A stretch of DNA of 40,470 nucleotides from Macrostomum lignano (lineage: Eukaryota). Made by a program: the position numbers and the translations under genes. The stretch is taken from assembly GCA_002269645.1 (NCBI GenBank), contig NIVC01003737.1, positions 1 through 40,470 of the forward strand. The letters are read 5' to 3'. The notes under the pieces were generated by a model that was given only the letters and a program-made list of their open reading frames with translations, searched no databases and was not told the origin of the DNA. Shown here one piece after another: positions 1-12,694 of the stretch; position 1 is the stretch's first letter, and every line of letters starts with the position of its first letter.

Positions 1-3000
1 TTCTCTACGAAGACGGAGATGAATTCTTCCTATGCGAAGTAATAGGGAGATGGAGCCCTACCAGCCTCACCATGCTCGTCAGTCTGGCCACCAGGAACCC
101 ATGCAGTTTGTTGAGCAGTGCCGTCGCATCATTGGACCTGAAGAGCACGTTCTCGTCATCCAAGCACTCTGCTGAAGCCTCTATATGGTTACTACAGACG
201 ATTCGAGCTTAAACAGGTGTCTCCAGCTGAGGCGAAAAACTCCAGACGTCGTCAGGATCGCAGACGGCGCGTCGAGTTCAGCTCTGGCGGTCGGGCGACT
301 ACTCCCGCCACTATGACCTGGACGACAGCGACAGTGCGGATGACCGACAGCTGCACGAAGGTACACCGCCAAAGCGGCTCCGCTGCCAAGTTGCAACGCA
401 GGTAGAACCGGGCGATCCACCAACTCAGACCCGCGGTCGGACTAGAGGATGCGGAACGCAGACGGAGACAGTCTACTTTCCTAGTGTCGACAGGCGCTCG
501 AGTAAAAAGTATCCTGTACCGCTAGGTCCCTATCTGCTTTTAGTAAAAGGCTTCGACACCCGAAACGATCTCCTTGTCAATGATCTTTACGATATGAACC
601 TACTGGGTAGTGATGATCGCAAATGCGACATTCATCTGCGCTGCGCAGACGTGCAACCAAAACACTGTGTCATTGAAGCCTGTCACAGCGAAGTCGGCGA
701 CGACGACACCGCAAAGGATTCAAAGCCGTACTGTGTATGTCTCTATCGCCGGTTGGAAACGCCGAGTCCTGTTGAACGGTCAGCTGATCGATCGGAAACA
801 TTTCTCTCGCCAGGCGATGTCATTTCGATTGGGGCTGGCGAAATGTGCTCCTACGTTTTCATGTTCAAGGACACCTCCCAGGTGCCAGATAGGTCGATAG
901 GCCTGACTTGGCTCATGTTCTTGGAGTCGGCGCAGCGATCTATCGATCGATCTTCAGCAGCTACTTGAAGGCAGCGGAGCTGGAGAAAGCGAACGACGGA
1001 AAGTCGCAACTGCACAGCGGCTGCCGGATCCTTTGTGAGCACCACGGTGCCTTCCGACTCGGTTCTGGACACCCGCGTGACGTAAGGCCGCCTCTTTGAA
1101 CTCGGCAGCTCGCGAAGTGGACACTCAGCAGCTGACCCAGGCCAGCTTGGGCAGCGTGTTGGCTCTCTACTTTGGAGAGGCCGTCGATCTTCAATTCGCC
1201 GCTGGTCTATTCGTCCTTCTGACCGTCTACGTCGCTGATCTAGAGCTGGAACATGCCGGCGCCGAGATCCAGTGGCACATCACCGACTCGGCCGTTACCT
1301 TGGCCAAGAAGGCCAACCAGATGGAGGACCGACGCGACAAAGCCCAGTGCTACTCGGAGATGATCGGGCTTGTGCTCTGGCCTTCGAAATCTTCTTGTTC
1401 TTCCACGAGGCTTGCGGCGTCGGCCTGACAGCGGCGGCGGTTCGATGCAGCATTGCGTGGCGTGACTTCTGCGAGACCACGATGCAGCAGATGCTGGACA
1501 GAATTTTTAGTCAGCTTGGAGAGGTAAGAGTGATTTAGTTTTTCCCTAACTGAACACAAAACATGCGAAGAAAATCCTCTTCGTAAGATGCATGCGTACT
1601 GCACTGAGTTGCCGATTAGAAATTGAGCTTATCCAACCAAACGTGCAGGAAGTTCTGGCTGAGAGCGCGGCCCTATGCGACACAGGACTTGGCTCAGCGA
1701 GTGAGCCAGCGGTACTGGACCAACCATGGGAGGCTTCCTAACCCTGCTCACCCAGGTTAGCCGGGCCTTCACTAACATGCAGTATCAGTGCGTGAGCACT
1801 CTGAGACTCATGATTATGAAACGGCTGGTGTTTCAAATAGGCAAGCACTTTACGCAGAGACTTTTTGGAACAGGTGAGATTTCTTGCAAAAATTTAATAT
1901 CTTACAGGTAGCTCATATTTCAAAAATGTACTTAGGTAACAAAGAGGACTCGAAGCACTTTTAAAATTCAGGGACATAGGCAGTGGGGCAAAAGGTTGCA
2001 AGAGGGCCTTCCTTGCCACAGCTTTCGCGCCCTTCAGTAGCTTTGGCGCCCCCTCTGCAGCTGGTCCCCAACTGAAATATAATAACGCTCCTAAGATGAC
2101 TCGGCCGTCCGACTAAATGAAAGTGGTACCCTGAAAGATGCATTGCCCAGGAATGATTATTTAACTACGATTTAAAGAAATATCATGTTACTTTTATAAA
2201 GTGTCACATATTTCACTCCAGATCCAACTAACTTTCTCAAATGGAACTGCGCCGTTCAACTTCGAGTCAATCTTGACCAGCTGGAGGAGTGGCTGCGTCA
2301 GGAAGGCCTTGAGCAGTTCATCGTCGCGTTGGATTTGCCCAATAGTATCGTGGATTTGTTGGCTACGCCAAAGTCTCTGCTTGATGTCGGTGAGGATGGT
2401 TTGTTACTCGTAGTTCGATTTTATTAATTGCATGACTTTAAGTCTTGTCTCAATCGATCGGATATTCCAGACACCATGGCAACGCATTCGCACAATTATC
2501 CGTTGATTCCGGCAAGTTTGTTGAGACGAATTCTTCTTGAGTACGAGTCCAGAACGGGCCCGGTCAATGGCCTTTGGAGTGTGCCAGATGAAGACTCGGG
2601 AGAAGTTGCTTACGATGGTGAGTCCTACTGTAGCTACCTTTTTAAAATCACTTTATGGTTCCTAGTAAATGAACAAAAACTGGCTTTACCCCACTGTAGT
2701 TGATTGCGCCATCGAGGATCACTTCCAGTTGGTGATAGTTGACTGCCAGATACCCGTGGAGAAGGTTCGACCAAGTGTTCAACTTCGTTCGCTGCTGAAG
2801 AGCCCCGATTCAATCAGCTGTTGCTGCATATGGATAACAAAACTGTTGGTGAGCAAACTCAGGTCGTTTAAAAAATTGTCAATGAGTATAATATCGGAAG
2901 CACTTTACTGGCTCTAAAACTTTAAAAAGTCATTCCACTTTTCTCAGGGATGTCTGAAGGTTTTTTGAGCCATTCTCTCAGATGGACAAAAAACCTGCAA

Positions 3001-5104
3001 ACTTATAAGTAAATCTCGAATCAATTACTTCTGTCAGTATAATCGAGTAGTTCTTGGTCATTACATGTAGCATCTTTTAGGTCTTTAGCAAAGGCCTTTA
3101 AATGAGCACTGGCAAAAATTATCATATCCATCTTCCCCTACAGCTAGCAACTGCCAACTCCAGTGGCACCACGTTGCCAATCACATCCGGGATCGTCTCG
3201 GCTCTCCTAGCTCGGCTCAGTCCCCGCTGGGCAGCCTGTTCACGACTTCGCCAAAACCTGCAGCTTCCAACACGCCGTCGGCGGCGGGGCGGCGGCCGCG
3301 GACACTGATATGGAAGAAGACACCAACAACGACGAGGCGCAACAACAGAACTTTTATGACTCGTTGAGCGAAGATGACCCGGATGAGAGCGGCCGACGAT
3401 CGCCAGTTGAACTTCGACTGGACGATGAAACCGACGAGTTGATATCCAAGACGGTCAAGGCAGCCGGAGCGATGCCAGCCTTCACTAAACCGCAAACGCT
3501 CCAATATGGCGATGAAGGAGAACTAGAAGTCAAAGACGAAGTCATTGACGAAGAATTATCCATCGGTATTGATCCGTTCACATTGGCCAACACGTTGAGA
3601 AACGAGATGCACGCCCACTATGTTCAATCGGAGAGTGGCGGATCCGGCGACGAGTCCACCCTGCCGCGGAATCAGCAGCAGAATCGGCCAAGTTGTCCGC
3701 TTAGCTTCTTTGCCAACGGAAGTAGCGGTTTCCTTGGCGACCATGGTAACGAAACCGAAAGCACTATTAGCGGCGGAGGCAATGGTAGCTTATCAGCAAC
3801 TACCGAAGCACTCTACAGGCAGCACACGATGTCATTTGTATCGTCGGAGCCTGTCGCGACACCTCGCCAACTTTCAAAGCTTTCGCTGCCCAGCCGCAGT
3901 CAGCGTGTGCAACAGCAGCAGCATCAGCTGGAAGAGGTGCAGCTGCCCCACCGCCGCCACCGCGCTCTTGGTCGTTGAACAATCGTCGAACTCAAATTGA
4001 GCACAGCCAAGAGATGGACGTTCGATCGGCTGGCGACGAGGAACCCGACCTGTTTTTTGTGACACTGAGTCGCCGTCCAGGGCAGTCGTTTGGCATGGAG
4101 CTCATTGATGGAGAGGTGCGGTTTTGAGTTCTTTGAGGCAGTGGTCAAGATTTTTGCATATCTAAATCCGAACGAACCCGCGAAAGGTGCCACCGGTGCT
4201 CACAGCGCAATAGGAATTTCTCGCTATATTTGAGAATTTTTCAGCGGCCAAAATTAGTACGTATTTTGTTGGCCTTTTAGATTGGCACATCACCCCTAGC
4301 GTAGCATTTTTTAGGTCCAATGGACGTCTAACACTAGCATTAACTTGGGGTTTAATCAACTTAAAACAAGGTAAAGACTCAATTCAAAGGACATGGTCAA
4401 GTAAGACTCACGTCAAAGGACAAGTTCAGGAATCTGCCCCCCCCCTCTTACAGGGGCTTTGAATTTCCGTTTGCTCAAGTTTGGTACTTTGAGTAGAAAC
4501 ATTTTTGTGACATCTTGTTGGATATTATATAATGCTGTACATTTACTTATAGTTAGTAAATGGGATCGTGGGGATCTACTCGTATATTGCACCGAGGGCG
4601 CCAAAGCTTAATGACTTTATTAGCTCGTAATTGTCACACTTTGCAGAAGAGTCCACTGGTTTCGCCCGGCGTCTACATTCGAAGCGTCGTGGCCGACACC
4701 CCGGCAGACAGGTGCCATCGGCTGTGCCCGGGTGACCGCATTATCGCTGTAAACAATGAGAGTTTAGTAAATCGGCCCTATGCCAAGTGAGTTCGTGTTG
4801 AGTCGATTGAAAACTTTTTACATATAGCTACAGGTTTAGCCCTTGTATAAAGGGTGTCTTCGGGTATGTTTCTGACTCACAGAACTTTGATTTTAAAGTC
4901 GTTGATATGCCGATAGGAAGACTCTTAACGACTCGAAACCTATGGGCCAATCGTAAATAACTTGATTTAATTACTTTGAACAAAACTTCTCAACCTTACA
5001 GATGCCTTGGCCTCATCAAAAGCTCAGAGTCTGTGCTGCAGCTGCTAGTTGCCAGATCACCGCCCGAGATTGCTGTACGAGTTTTGGCAACGGCCTCGAG
5101 ATGA
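1..5104 (+). CDS. RADIL: RADIL-like Ras-association/FHA/dilute/PDZ protein, 5'-truncated, 8 visible exons, many single-base frameshifts
   Basis: Inferred exons: <1-1523, 1649-1873, 2222-2389, 2471-2617, 2700-2848, 3144-4115, 4647-4786, 5002-5104 (TGA), all GT-AG. After frame repair: RA end (FFLCEVIG...VIQAL[W]LKPLYGYYRRFELK), FHA (PYLLLVKGF...DIHL...KHCVIE...VLLNGQ...LSPGDVISIG), DIL (KWNCAVQLRVNLDQLEEWLRQEG...DLLATPK), then a C-terminal PDZ split over 3 exons (FFVTLSRRPGQSFGMELIDGE/KSPLVSPGVYIRSVVADTPA...GDRIIAVNN/KCLGLIKSSESVLQLLVAR). The domain order with a terminal PDZ matches RADIL as I recall it. Confidence 0.8.
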
Positions 5105-5882
5105 AATTTGCACTCATTCGACATGTTTGCTCAAAATGTTTGACAGAATTAAATAAAGATAGCGTACGTACCGTAATCAGAAACATAATACATAGAAGAT
5201 TTTAGCTTTAGTTGAATTTGCTCAAACTCAAGAGATGTACACATTACAGAATAAAATACGCGCGCAACTTAGTTGCTCCATTCAATCGACAATGATGCGA
5301 ACTATAGATTATGCAGAAGCATTCGAAATGTATTTGCTTGCTTTACAATACAATTCAAATTGCAAATTTTAAATAACCACAAAAAACTTTTGTTAGAACT
5401 TACACTCCCATATTTTTTACTTCATGTGCTAATAACTTTTAAAGAGAATTAAGGATGGTTGAAGAAGAATAGCTTTTTTCTTTTCATGCAAAAGACGCTG
5501 TGGAACACATACCAACTTCTATTTCCTAGAATTAAAAACATGCTCAAACATTGTACCGTATCTAAAAAACTAAGCCTTTGGTTTGAAGTGACTGAGCAAC
5601 TGCTCAATAGGCGGCGAACTGACTTGAACTTTGAGATAAAGCTTTATTCATGCCAAAACTGTCAAATCGCAAAAACATCTTCCAGAGCAGATTATGAGTA
5701 CTGAGATTTCGTTAAATTTACGTAGAATCGTAGATCGGAGATCAAAATACTTTATTTCTACTTTGACTGACTAGTTTTACGATTTGTTTCTCGCCGCATT
5801 GCTGATTCAGACTAACTAGTGTTTTAACTTACAAGTTTCTTTCCTCACTGTTGTAAATTTTCCCATTTTTATCTGGTCAATG

Positions 5883-5970
5883 TAGGGGTCACTAAACTTC
5901 GATCCACGGGCCATATGCAGCCCTCGGGTCCTTTAAAACTTCACAATAGGCAATCCGGCCCGCTCAAGGT
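5883..5970 (+). mobile_element. Possible hAT/Charlie-like DNA transposon left-end remnant
   Basis: TAGGGGTCACTAAACTTCGATCCACGGGCCATATGCAGCCC...ATCCGGCCCGC resembles the CAGGGGT..AAAC..CGGCCC..GGGCC..ATGCGGCCC termini of hAT non-autonomous elements. No matching right end or TSD found. Confidence 0.4.
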
Positions 5971-6288
5971 TTGTCTCTCTTCTCAGCTTCCCTTTTTCTC
6001 ATCTCATCTCATCCTCTCTCCTCTCTCCACTCTCCCCTGCTCTGACCAACAGGTTCTCTATCTGAACCTTACGGTAAAAAACTTTCCGATCGCTACTTAT
6101 GGTAATATAAATGGATTACCATAGTCATTTGACAGGGCTAAATCGGGGTTGAACTTTATTGCATAGTCATCTCATCAATTTGGTTTGTCCTTATGTCTTA
6201 GTTCCAAGTCTTTGTCTATGGCCAAAAGCGGTTTAGAGCATACAAGCAGTGTTTTAAACACTTTGAAAACGGGTTCTATCAGATAATC

Positions 6289-6849
6289 CCAAAGAGTATT
6301 GAGGTTGCCTAGTATAGAGTGCCAATAAGGACGAAAATCTGAAGACGATTTTTAGAACCCACCCACCCCCTCCGGTCACTAAGCTTTTTAGTCTATGGCA
6401 CGAGTTGTGGCTAGAATGGTTTTCACACTTAGAAAATGCATGTATCAAATAAGCAAGACCACTTTTCTCACTGCTTCACCTTCACTCTGCCTGTTTATCA
6501 CTTATGTTTTTGTCTTTCCGACTCAGCTGCAAGAATCCTGCTAAACTTCTTTTCTCCTTCACAATGCAATCATCGTACGTACGGTACGGTATTACAGTAT
6601 AGATACAGAAATAAAGTCTTGAGGACGTTTTAAGCATACACGGTATTCGTCCAGCTACATTAGCTACTTGTATTTTCTCATGCACTCTATGTATATTTCT
6701 GAGCATCGGCTTTGTACACCTTTCTAGCCACAACTTGTGCCATAGACTAAACAGCTTGGTGATCGGAGGGGGTGGGTGGATTCTAAAAATCGGCTTCAGA
6801 TTTTCATCCTTATTGGCACTCTATACTAGGCGACCTCAATACTCTTTGG
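6289..6849. repeat. Fold-back/MITE-like element: 132-bp inverted arms around a 297-bp spacer
   Basis: 6289-6420 is the reverse complement of 6718-6849 with about 9-10 substitutions (manual alignment). The ORF track shows near-identical peptides on opposite strands. Confidence 0.9.
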
Positions 6850-7414
6850 ATAATCCTATCAAACGTTTTAAACAGATATGTAGTAGTATGTGCATGGCAA
6901 CTACAATTAGGGCTTAAGAGAAATAACGAAACGCTTCCTGTGTTTCTTGGCAAATTAATAGAAGGCTAGCTATCTTTTAATATAAATAGCCTCTAGTTGC
7001 TCACTGATATTTCAAAGTTTTCTTTCTTACTTTCATATTTTTGTAGCATCTTTGGGACTACTATTTTTAAGTAGTATGCTTGTTCAATCTGTCCTAGTTG
7101 TACTAGTCAATCGATTCAGAGAATTGAAGACAACAGTTTTTTGTATGCTCAAATGAATCCGAAATGAACAGGCTCCCATTAACATTTAACTGCACCTTTG
7201 AGAATAATCCAGCATCAAAGGACTTTGTAGTGAACTGTCTCACAATGCTTCAAGCATCTCGCATTAATGTGTCCAACTCTGGGCTCTTCTGTCCACCACT
7301 CTGTCTGCACCTCTCTCTCTACCTCCTTCTCTTCCACACCCTCCACTCCGTTTCTCTACCGCCTTTTTACTACTAAGGACTGGCCTCGCCTGTGCGGGCG
7401 GCGGTGGGTGACTT

Positions 7415-7429
7415 GTTGTCACTAGCAAC
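7415..7429 (+). promoter_or_regulatory. RFX X-box upstream of IQCH
   Basis: GTTGTC-ACT-AGCAAC fits GTNRCC(N0-3)RGYAAC with one C>T change, about 290 bp upstream of the IQCH ATG. Confidence 0.55.
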
Positions 7430-7716
7430 GCGAAGCCAGTACCCATGAGAGCAGGAAAAGCGGGACAGGCAGACAGTACGCAAAACGAGTCCAATTTTTC
7501 AATCCCTTCTAACTATGCAGCAGCCACCTCAGGCTTCAGCAAAGCAAAATAGGGGGTCGCAGAATTGGGCCTGCTGTACACTGGAAGAAGCAGAGACGAG
7601 AGGAGATAGCAAACGAATAAAGCAGAAACCCTAATAGAATAGAACTTAACACACACCCCGTACTGCTAAGAAACGGCAGCGAAGCTAGGCTTCCAGGTCT
7701 ATTCAACTGCCAAGTC

Positions 7717-10700
7717 ATGGAGGAAAGCGTCGGCCAGGTGTTACTGAAGGTGCAGGACGACCTGGGCCGACTTCGCGAGCAGCTCGAAGCATCGTCAGTC
7801 GCTGTACTCGACGGCAGCTCAGGCAGCACCACCAGATTTGACGCCAGCGCACTGCAGGAGGCTCTCGTCAAGGCCGAAACTGATTTGCGCACTCGATCTA
7901 ATGACGTTTTGAATCGCATGCAGGTGACGCCAGTGCACCTGCCGCAGATCCATCAACAGCAGCCAATTCAACGTAAGGACCAGAGTCACCATCAGAAGCA
8001 CGAGCATGAACCCCTACCAACGGTTATCTCTGCCAAGGACTACAAAGGAGGCTTACTGGCATTGATGGAGCGCGGCGAGATTCCTCCATCAGCCAGCGTC
8101 ATGCTGGAGCCGCAGCCAATCCGACATCGACAGGCGCCGGTGCACGATCCGGATACGCGACCACGAGACCGCTTTCCTGCCGATGCCGCTGATCCGGGCT
8201 ACACGCAAGAGGGTTACCAGCTTGACGAATCAAAACCAGCTAAACAGAACGGCGTCGTGAAACTCAAGCTCAAGACGTCCAACGCAGCATGTCCTGGCAA
8301 GGTTCGTCTACAGCAGTTCGAGCCGCCGATGCTTCGATCACGTTCGGAAGCTGACCGAGTGATGCAGCATCCGCCACCTGTCGCTGCCGCCGCTGCTGCG
8401 GCTGAAGCAGCTCCAAAATCAAAAGCAGCAAAAGAAGTGACAGCAGCGGTTCCGCGCCAGCAGTCAGTTACTGCGGCGCCACCTCCTCCCACCACACCAG
8501 CGTCGTTTGCTGCGATGGCTTCTAGAGCCGATGCTCCGGGCATATCACGCTTCACCATTCAAAATGGGCACGTTCGAAAAGACGCTAGCGATTTTCAGGC
8601 CTTCCAACGCCGGTGCAAACAGCTTGAAGGCATCGAATCAGACTTGGTTGATCGATTAGTAGAGCAGCTCGAACGTCTGATGCAGAGATTTACCATACCG
8701 ATGGCGCAAGTCAATGGAGAACTGCTCTGCGACCTTGCTGAACTCACTGAGCCCAACTCGACATCAACTGACGATTCCGAGCTAATTGACTGCTTGATCA
8801 ATCGTACCGACGTGCTGAAACTAATGAGGCGGCCTGGTCGTCAATTTGTCGGCCCGGGCGGCACGGAACGCGCATCCGTCGTCATTCAGAAACGTTGGCG
8901 CGGATTCCTGGCCAGACGAGACTATGCGAAGCGTCGACGCCGAAACCAGGCCGCTAAGGCAATTGCCGACCAGTGGAAGCTGTACACCAGACGGCTTGAG
9001 ATTCGAGCACATCTAAAGCGGACGCGCCAGATGCATCTGGATGGCTACAAAAGACGTTTCGCATCGCTGCAGGACCACTGGGACAAGTGGTGCGGAAAGC
9101 GACGTGTTGTTATTCACCTGCCATCGCTGGGTTATCCCGAAAAGATTCGAGAGGGTTTTCTGAACTTCAGCCGTGCGCAGAACACGCAAATGGCTCGCCT
9201 GTGCGACATTCGCGATCCGAATGTTGACGTCATCCTGCTCTCTGCTGTTGCCATTGACGACGAGATGACACAATACTACGGCAGACTGCTATCTGGACTC
9301 AACGGAGACGGTCAGAAGCAGCAGCAGCCAGTGTCGAATCGCTACAAAATTGTTGTCCCTGAGGCGGCGAAAGTGTTCGCCGATAGAAGCATGTCACTGG
9401 CCACCCTGCTTAACTATTCTCCCAGAGCTTTGAAACGAATTAGGAATTTAATTCAGGTGAGAATGCTGCCGTAAAAGCATCTGAAAATGTGCTATTGAAA
9501 GCTGAAAAATAAATAATCACTCCTTTCACAAACTTTGCTAACAGGGCCGTCCGGCCGTTATTATCCCAGGCTATCCGTGTCAAGACGACATTGCCGTGGC
9601 TGACAAACTCGACGTTCCGATCCTGTGCCCGGAGCCGCAGGTGGCGCAGCTCTATGGCACCAAGTCTGGCGCTAGGCGAATTTTTCGTGCCGCCAAAGTC
9701 TCCGCCCCTCCTGGTGACTTTGACATCTACTCGCTGACGCAGCTGCTTGAATCTCTCGCCCAGCTGATTACGTCTAACCTGACCGTCACTCGATGGCTGT
9801 TGAAGCTCGACTCGCAGTTCGACGGACGCGGAATCGGTTTCATGGACGTCGACAAGCTGCCCTGCTACCGGTGGGCTCTACGTGAACGACGTCGATACGG
9901 TGAAAAGTGGGACAAAAAGTGGGCACAAGAAAAGGTTCTGCTCCGGGTGCAGGAAGAACTGCCGGAACTGCTCGGATCCTCGGCTACTCGAGTGGCCTGT
10001 CCCGAGGCCTACCCTACTTGGCAGGCTTTTCAGCAGGAGTTCCTCTCTCAGGGCGGTGTCATCGAAGCCTGCCCTCCTGCAGAATCAGTGACGCGTCTAA
10101 CTGTCGATCTTTGCATCGAACCCAGCGGTTCGGTTCGCCTGTTGTCGAGTGGAGATCAGCTGGTCAGCGCTCAGCATCCGTTTTCCTGTTTAGGCATCTC
10201 TGCGCCGCAGTGCAGTGTGCCACCGCCGCAGCTCAACGCTCTCTGCCGACAGGTTGGCGACGCCTGCCGCGAGAGGCGAATTTACGGCCACGCCAGCGTG
10301 GATTTTGTCACCTTCGAGGACTCGGAGACTAATCGACAGGAGCTGTGGGCCACAGACCTGAGCCTTCATTACAGTGACACCGCTGCCCTGTCGCAGCTCT
10401 TCTACATGGCCACAAAGGGTCGCTTTGATCCACAGCAGCACGAGGTCTTTGTCGAGAAATCGAAAACGGCGAACAAATCGAGAGCGCCAATCGGGAGGCG
10501 TCAACACAGGGACCGAGGTCGACGCTACGCCACGATGTCGAGCCGACTGCATCACAATCACCTTTCAAAGCTACAATTCGCTGCATTCTTTAAAGCCTGC
10601 AGAGCTCACGGCATCGAGTTCGACGTAAACACGCGTACCGGAAGCCTCTTCTGCTTAGTAGATCCCTTTAATAGGGACTCAGTTGGCATGGCAACCATCT

Positions 10701-10861
10701 CAGCCGATCTGCTAACCTCATTAGAGACGTTTGCTCGGAACCTCTCAGTCATTGACCAGGAGGTGTCCACGCCGACAGACCAGGGCGACAGCAACTTCCG
10801 AGGTCTCATTGGCGAACTCGACGAGGTGATCAGCGCGGCGAAGGAGAACGAGCAAGCATAA
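7717..10861 (+). CDS. IQCH: IQ motif-containing protein H, about 1018 aa, 2 exons (7717-9456, 9545-10861)
   Basis: Long ORFs joined in phase 0 by an 88-nt GT-AG intron (9457-9544: ...IRNLIQ/GRPAVIIPG...DDIAVADKLDVPIL). N-terminus MEESVGQVLLKVQDDLGRLREQL; IQ motif IQKRWRGFLARR (about 8884-8919); VVIHLPSLGY, QMARLCDIRDPNVDV, LYGTKSGARRIF and GGVIEACP are motifs I recognise from IQCH. No frameshifts. Confidence 0.92.
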
Positions 10862-12663
10862 ACTTCAAGCCTATCTTGGACTTCTTGCTTCGTGTTGTTC
10901 TTACTTTTATTTGCTTCTCTTCCCAATGATATTTCCTATTTGCAAACCGCTTGGCAAAACTGTTTAAATGCATGCTTGTCGATTTCAATCTGTTTTTGTA
11001 TTGGCGTACTCTCAAATTTGATTGCGACTATTTTCGAAATAAATTTGATAGCTTGGCTCAAGATATAATTTTTAAATAAAGAAACTACTTTCTATTACTG
11101 CCTTAAGCTTCTTAAAAGTTATGAAATTTCTTAACTCACAAGAAACGCGCAGGAATTACTACTAGCAAGAGAACTTTTTAGTAGCATCAAATGCCTCTTT
11201 TGGTGACCAAATATTATACTATACAAAGCACGTTCTCAAATGTTTATTAAATGCTCAAAATTTGATCACTGCTCAGTAAATTGTTGAAAATTTCTATCTC
11301 AGGAAATTACAGACGATTTAATGAAACCTACTCATATTTGTCTGTCTCTTTCTGACTTCGGCATTCGGTTTGATAAAGCTTGCCATCCCGCTGCTCCTTG
11401 AGTTCAAACCGGCAATCTGTCTCTGTCAGGAGCTAAGCCCACTGATTAACTATTTAACTGCAAGTCAGGATTTAGAGAATTTTCCCTTAAAAATTAGTGC
11501 TGGGATTTATTCGATCTTCATCGGTTGGATTCTGTTACCATTTTGCCTGCGAACACATCGGGTTTTAGTACAACGGTAATTTTCCATGTTTAATCTTACT
11601 ATATATAATCTACGAGTAGTAGCCGACCAGATTTCAAGGATAGAATTAGATGGCGCCGGAGTCCTTTTAGGCGCTTTCACAGCCAGGTTCATCCTTTGAC
11701 ATTTAGATTGATATTCGGCCTCTTGAGCTGGACTTGATCGCCACTGCTAATCAACCGAATCAAGAGAATTAATTGAGCTAATTTATCATTTTGCAAAGCA
11801 TTTGGCTATAGTGAATCTCTTTTCAATAGGTTTAAGCAAGCCGTAGAAGCGAGCTAATCTGCTCTGTTTGAGCAAACAGGGGTCTATATTAGCATAGCAA
11901 TTATTTGCATACTAATAAGCAGGAAAAATCTGCTGCTCATCCAATTATGATGCGGACCGCATTTACAGCGTTAGCCAACGATATTGCCACTTGAGACTAT
12001 TAGTACTTTTTTATAACTTGAGCACCTCCCAGCTATCGCCAAGCCTTAAGTAAATTTATGAATCGAACTGAATTCCAAAGGTTCAGTGAACCGGAAATAT
12101 CAGCTTTGAAAAGTTGAAGACCAACTCAGTTAGGGTAAGTCGATAATGCTGCAAGCGAAGGGGGTGTTAGTATAGGGCAAGTATTCAGATTACCACTCAC
12201 CGTGGCGTGGCAGGCTTAGGAAGCACAAGATTGTGAGCAAATACTAGACTGCTCGGGACGATGCACACCGGAAATTCAAGTCCACGCCATGAAAATATAA
12301 GTACAGATTAGCACTACTTTTACCTTGACCTGGGTAATGTGACTAAAAGCTATTTCAGCTATATTTTCAATTTCAATCAATTGTAGTTTAATCTGGCTTA
12401 AATATGAAAGCTATAAATTTTAATAACCTCCTGTCAAAATTATTGGGCCAATCCAAGCAGAAATATTCCTCTTCGCTTCCGTGAGCTTAGAGCCCGCGCT
12501 TCGATGGCTCGTTTGTAAGTTGGGATTTTCTCCTTGTTCTACCTCCGCATAGCACATCTTATATTTTCTCACTTCAAGCTTGACTCCCATGCAATGCCAC
12601 CTAGTAGAAACAAGATCGATCTCAGTAACTATTTTTTTCAAATCACGCAAGAAATTCTGTCTA

Positions 12664-12666
<3 letters not shown>

Positions 12667-12694
<28 letters not shown>
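12667..12694. repeat. (TC)14 microsatellite
   Basis: Direct reading. Confidence 0.97.

Noticed and set aside
2958-2996. Intronic hairpin AGGTTTTTTG...CAAAAAACCT as a pre-miRNA or terminator
   Set aside because: Too short and T/A-run dominated for a pre-miRNA; Rho-independent terminators are irrelevant in this eukaryotic context.
1-5104. Afadin/canoe assignment, or a programmed-frameshift or pseudogene interpretation
   Set aside because: The PDZ is C-terminal after a long linker (RADIL layout, not afadin). The shifts are too many, lack slippery or structural signals and share a homopolymer-deletion bias, so error is more parsimonious.
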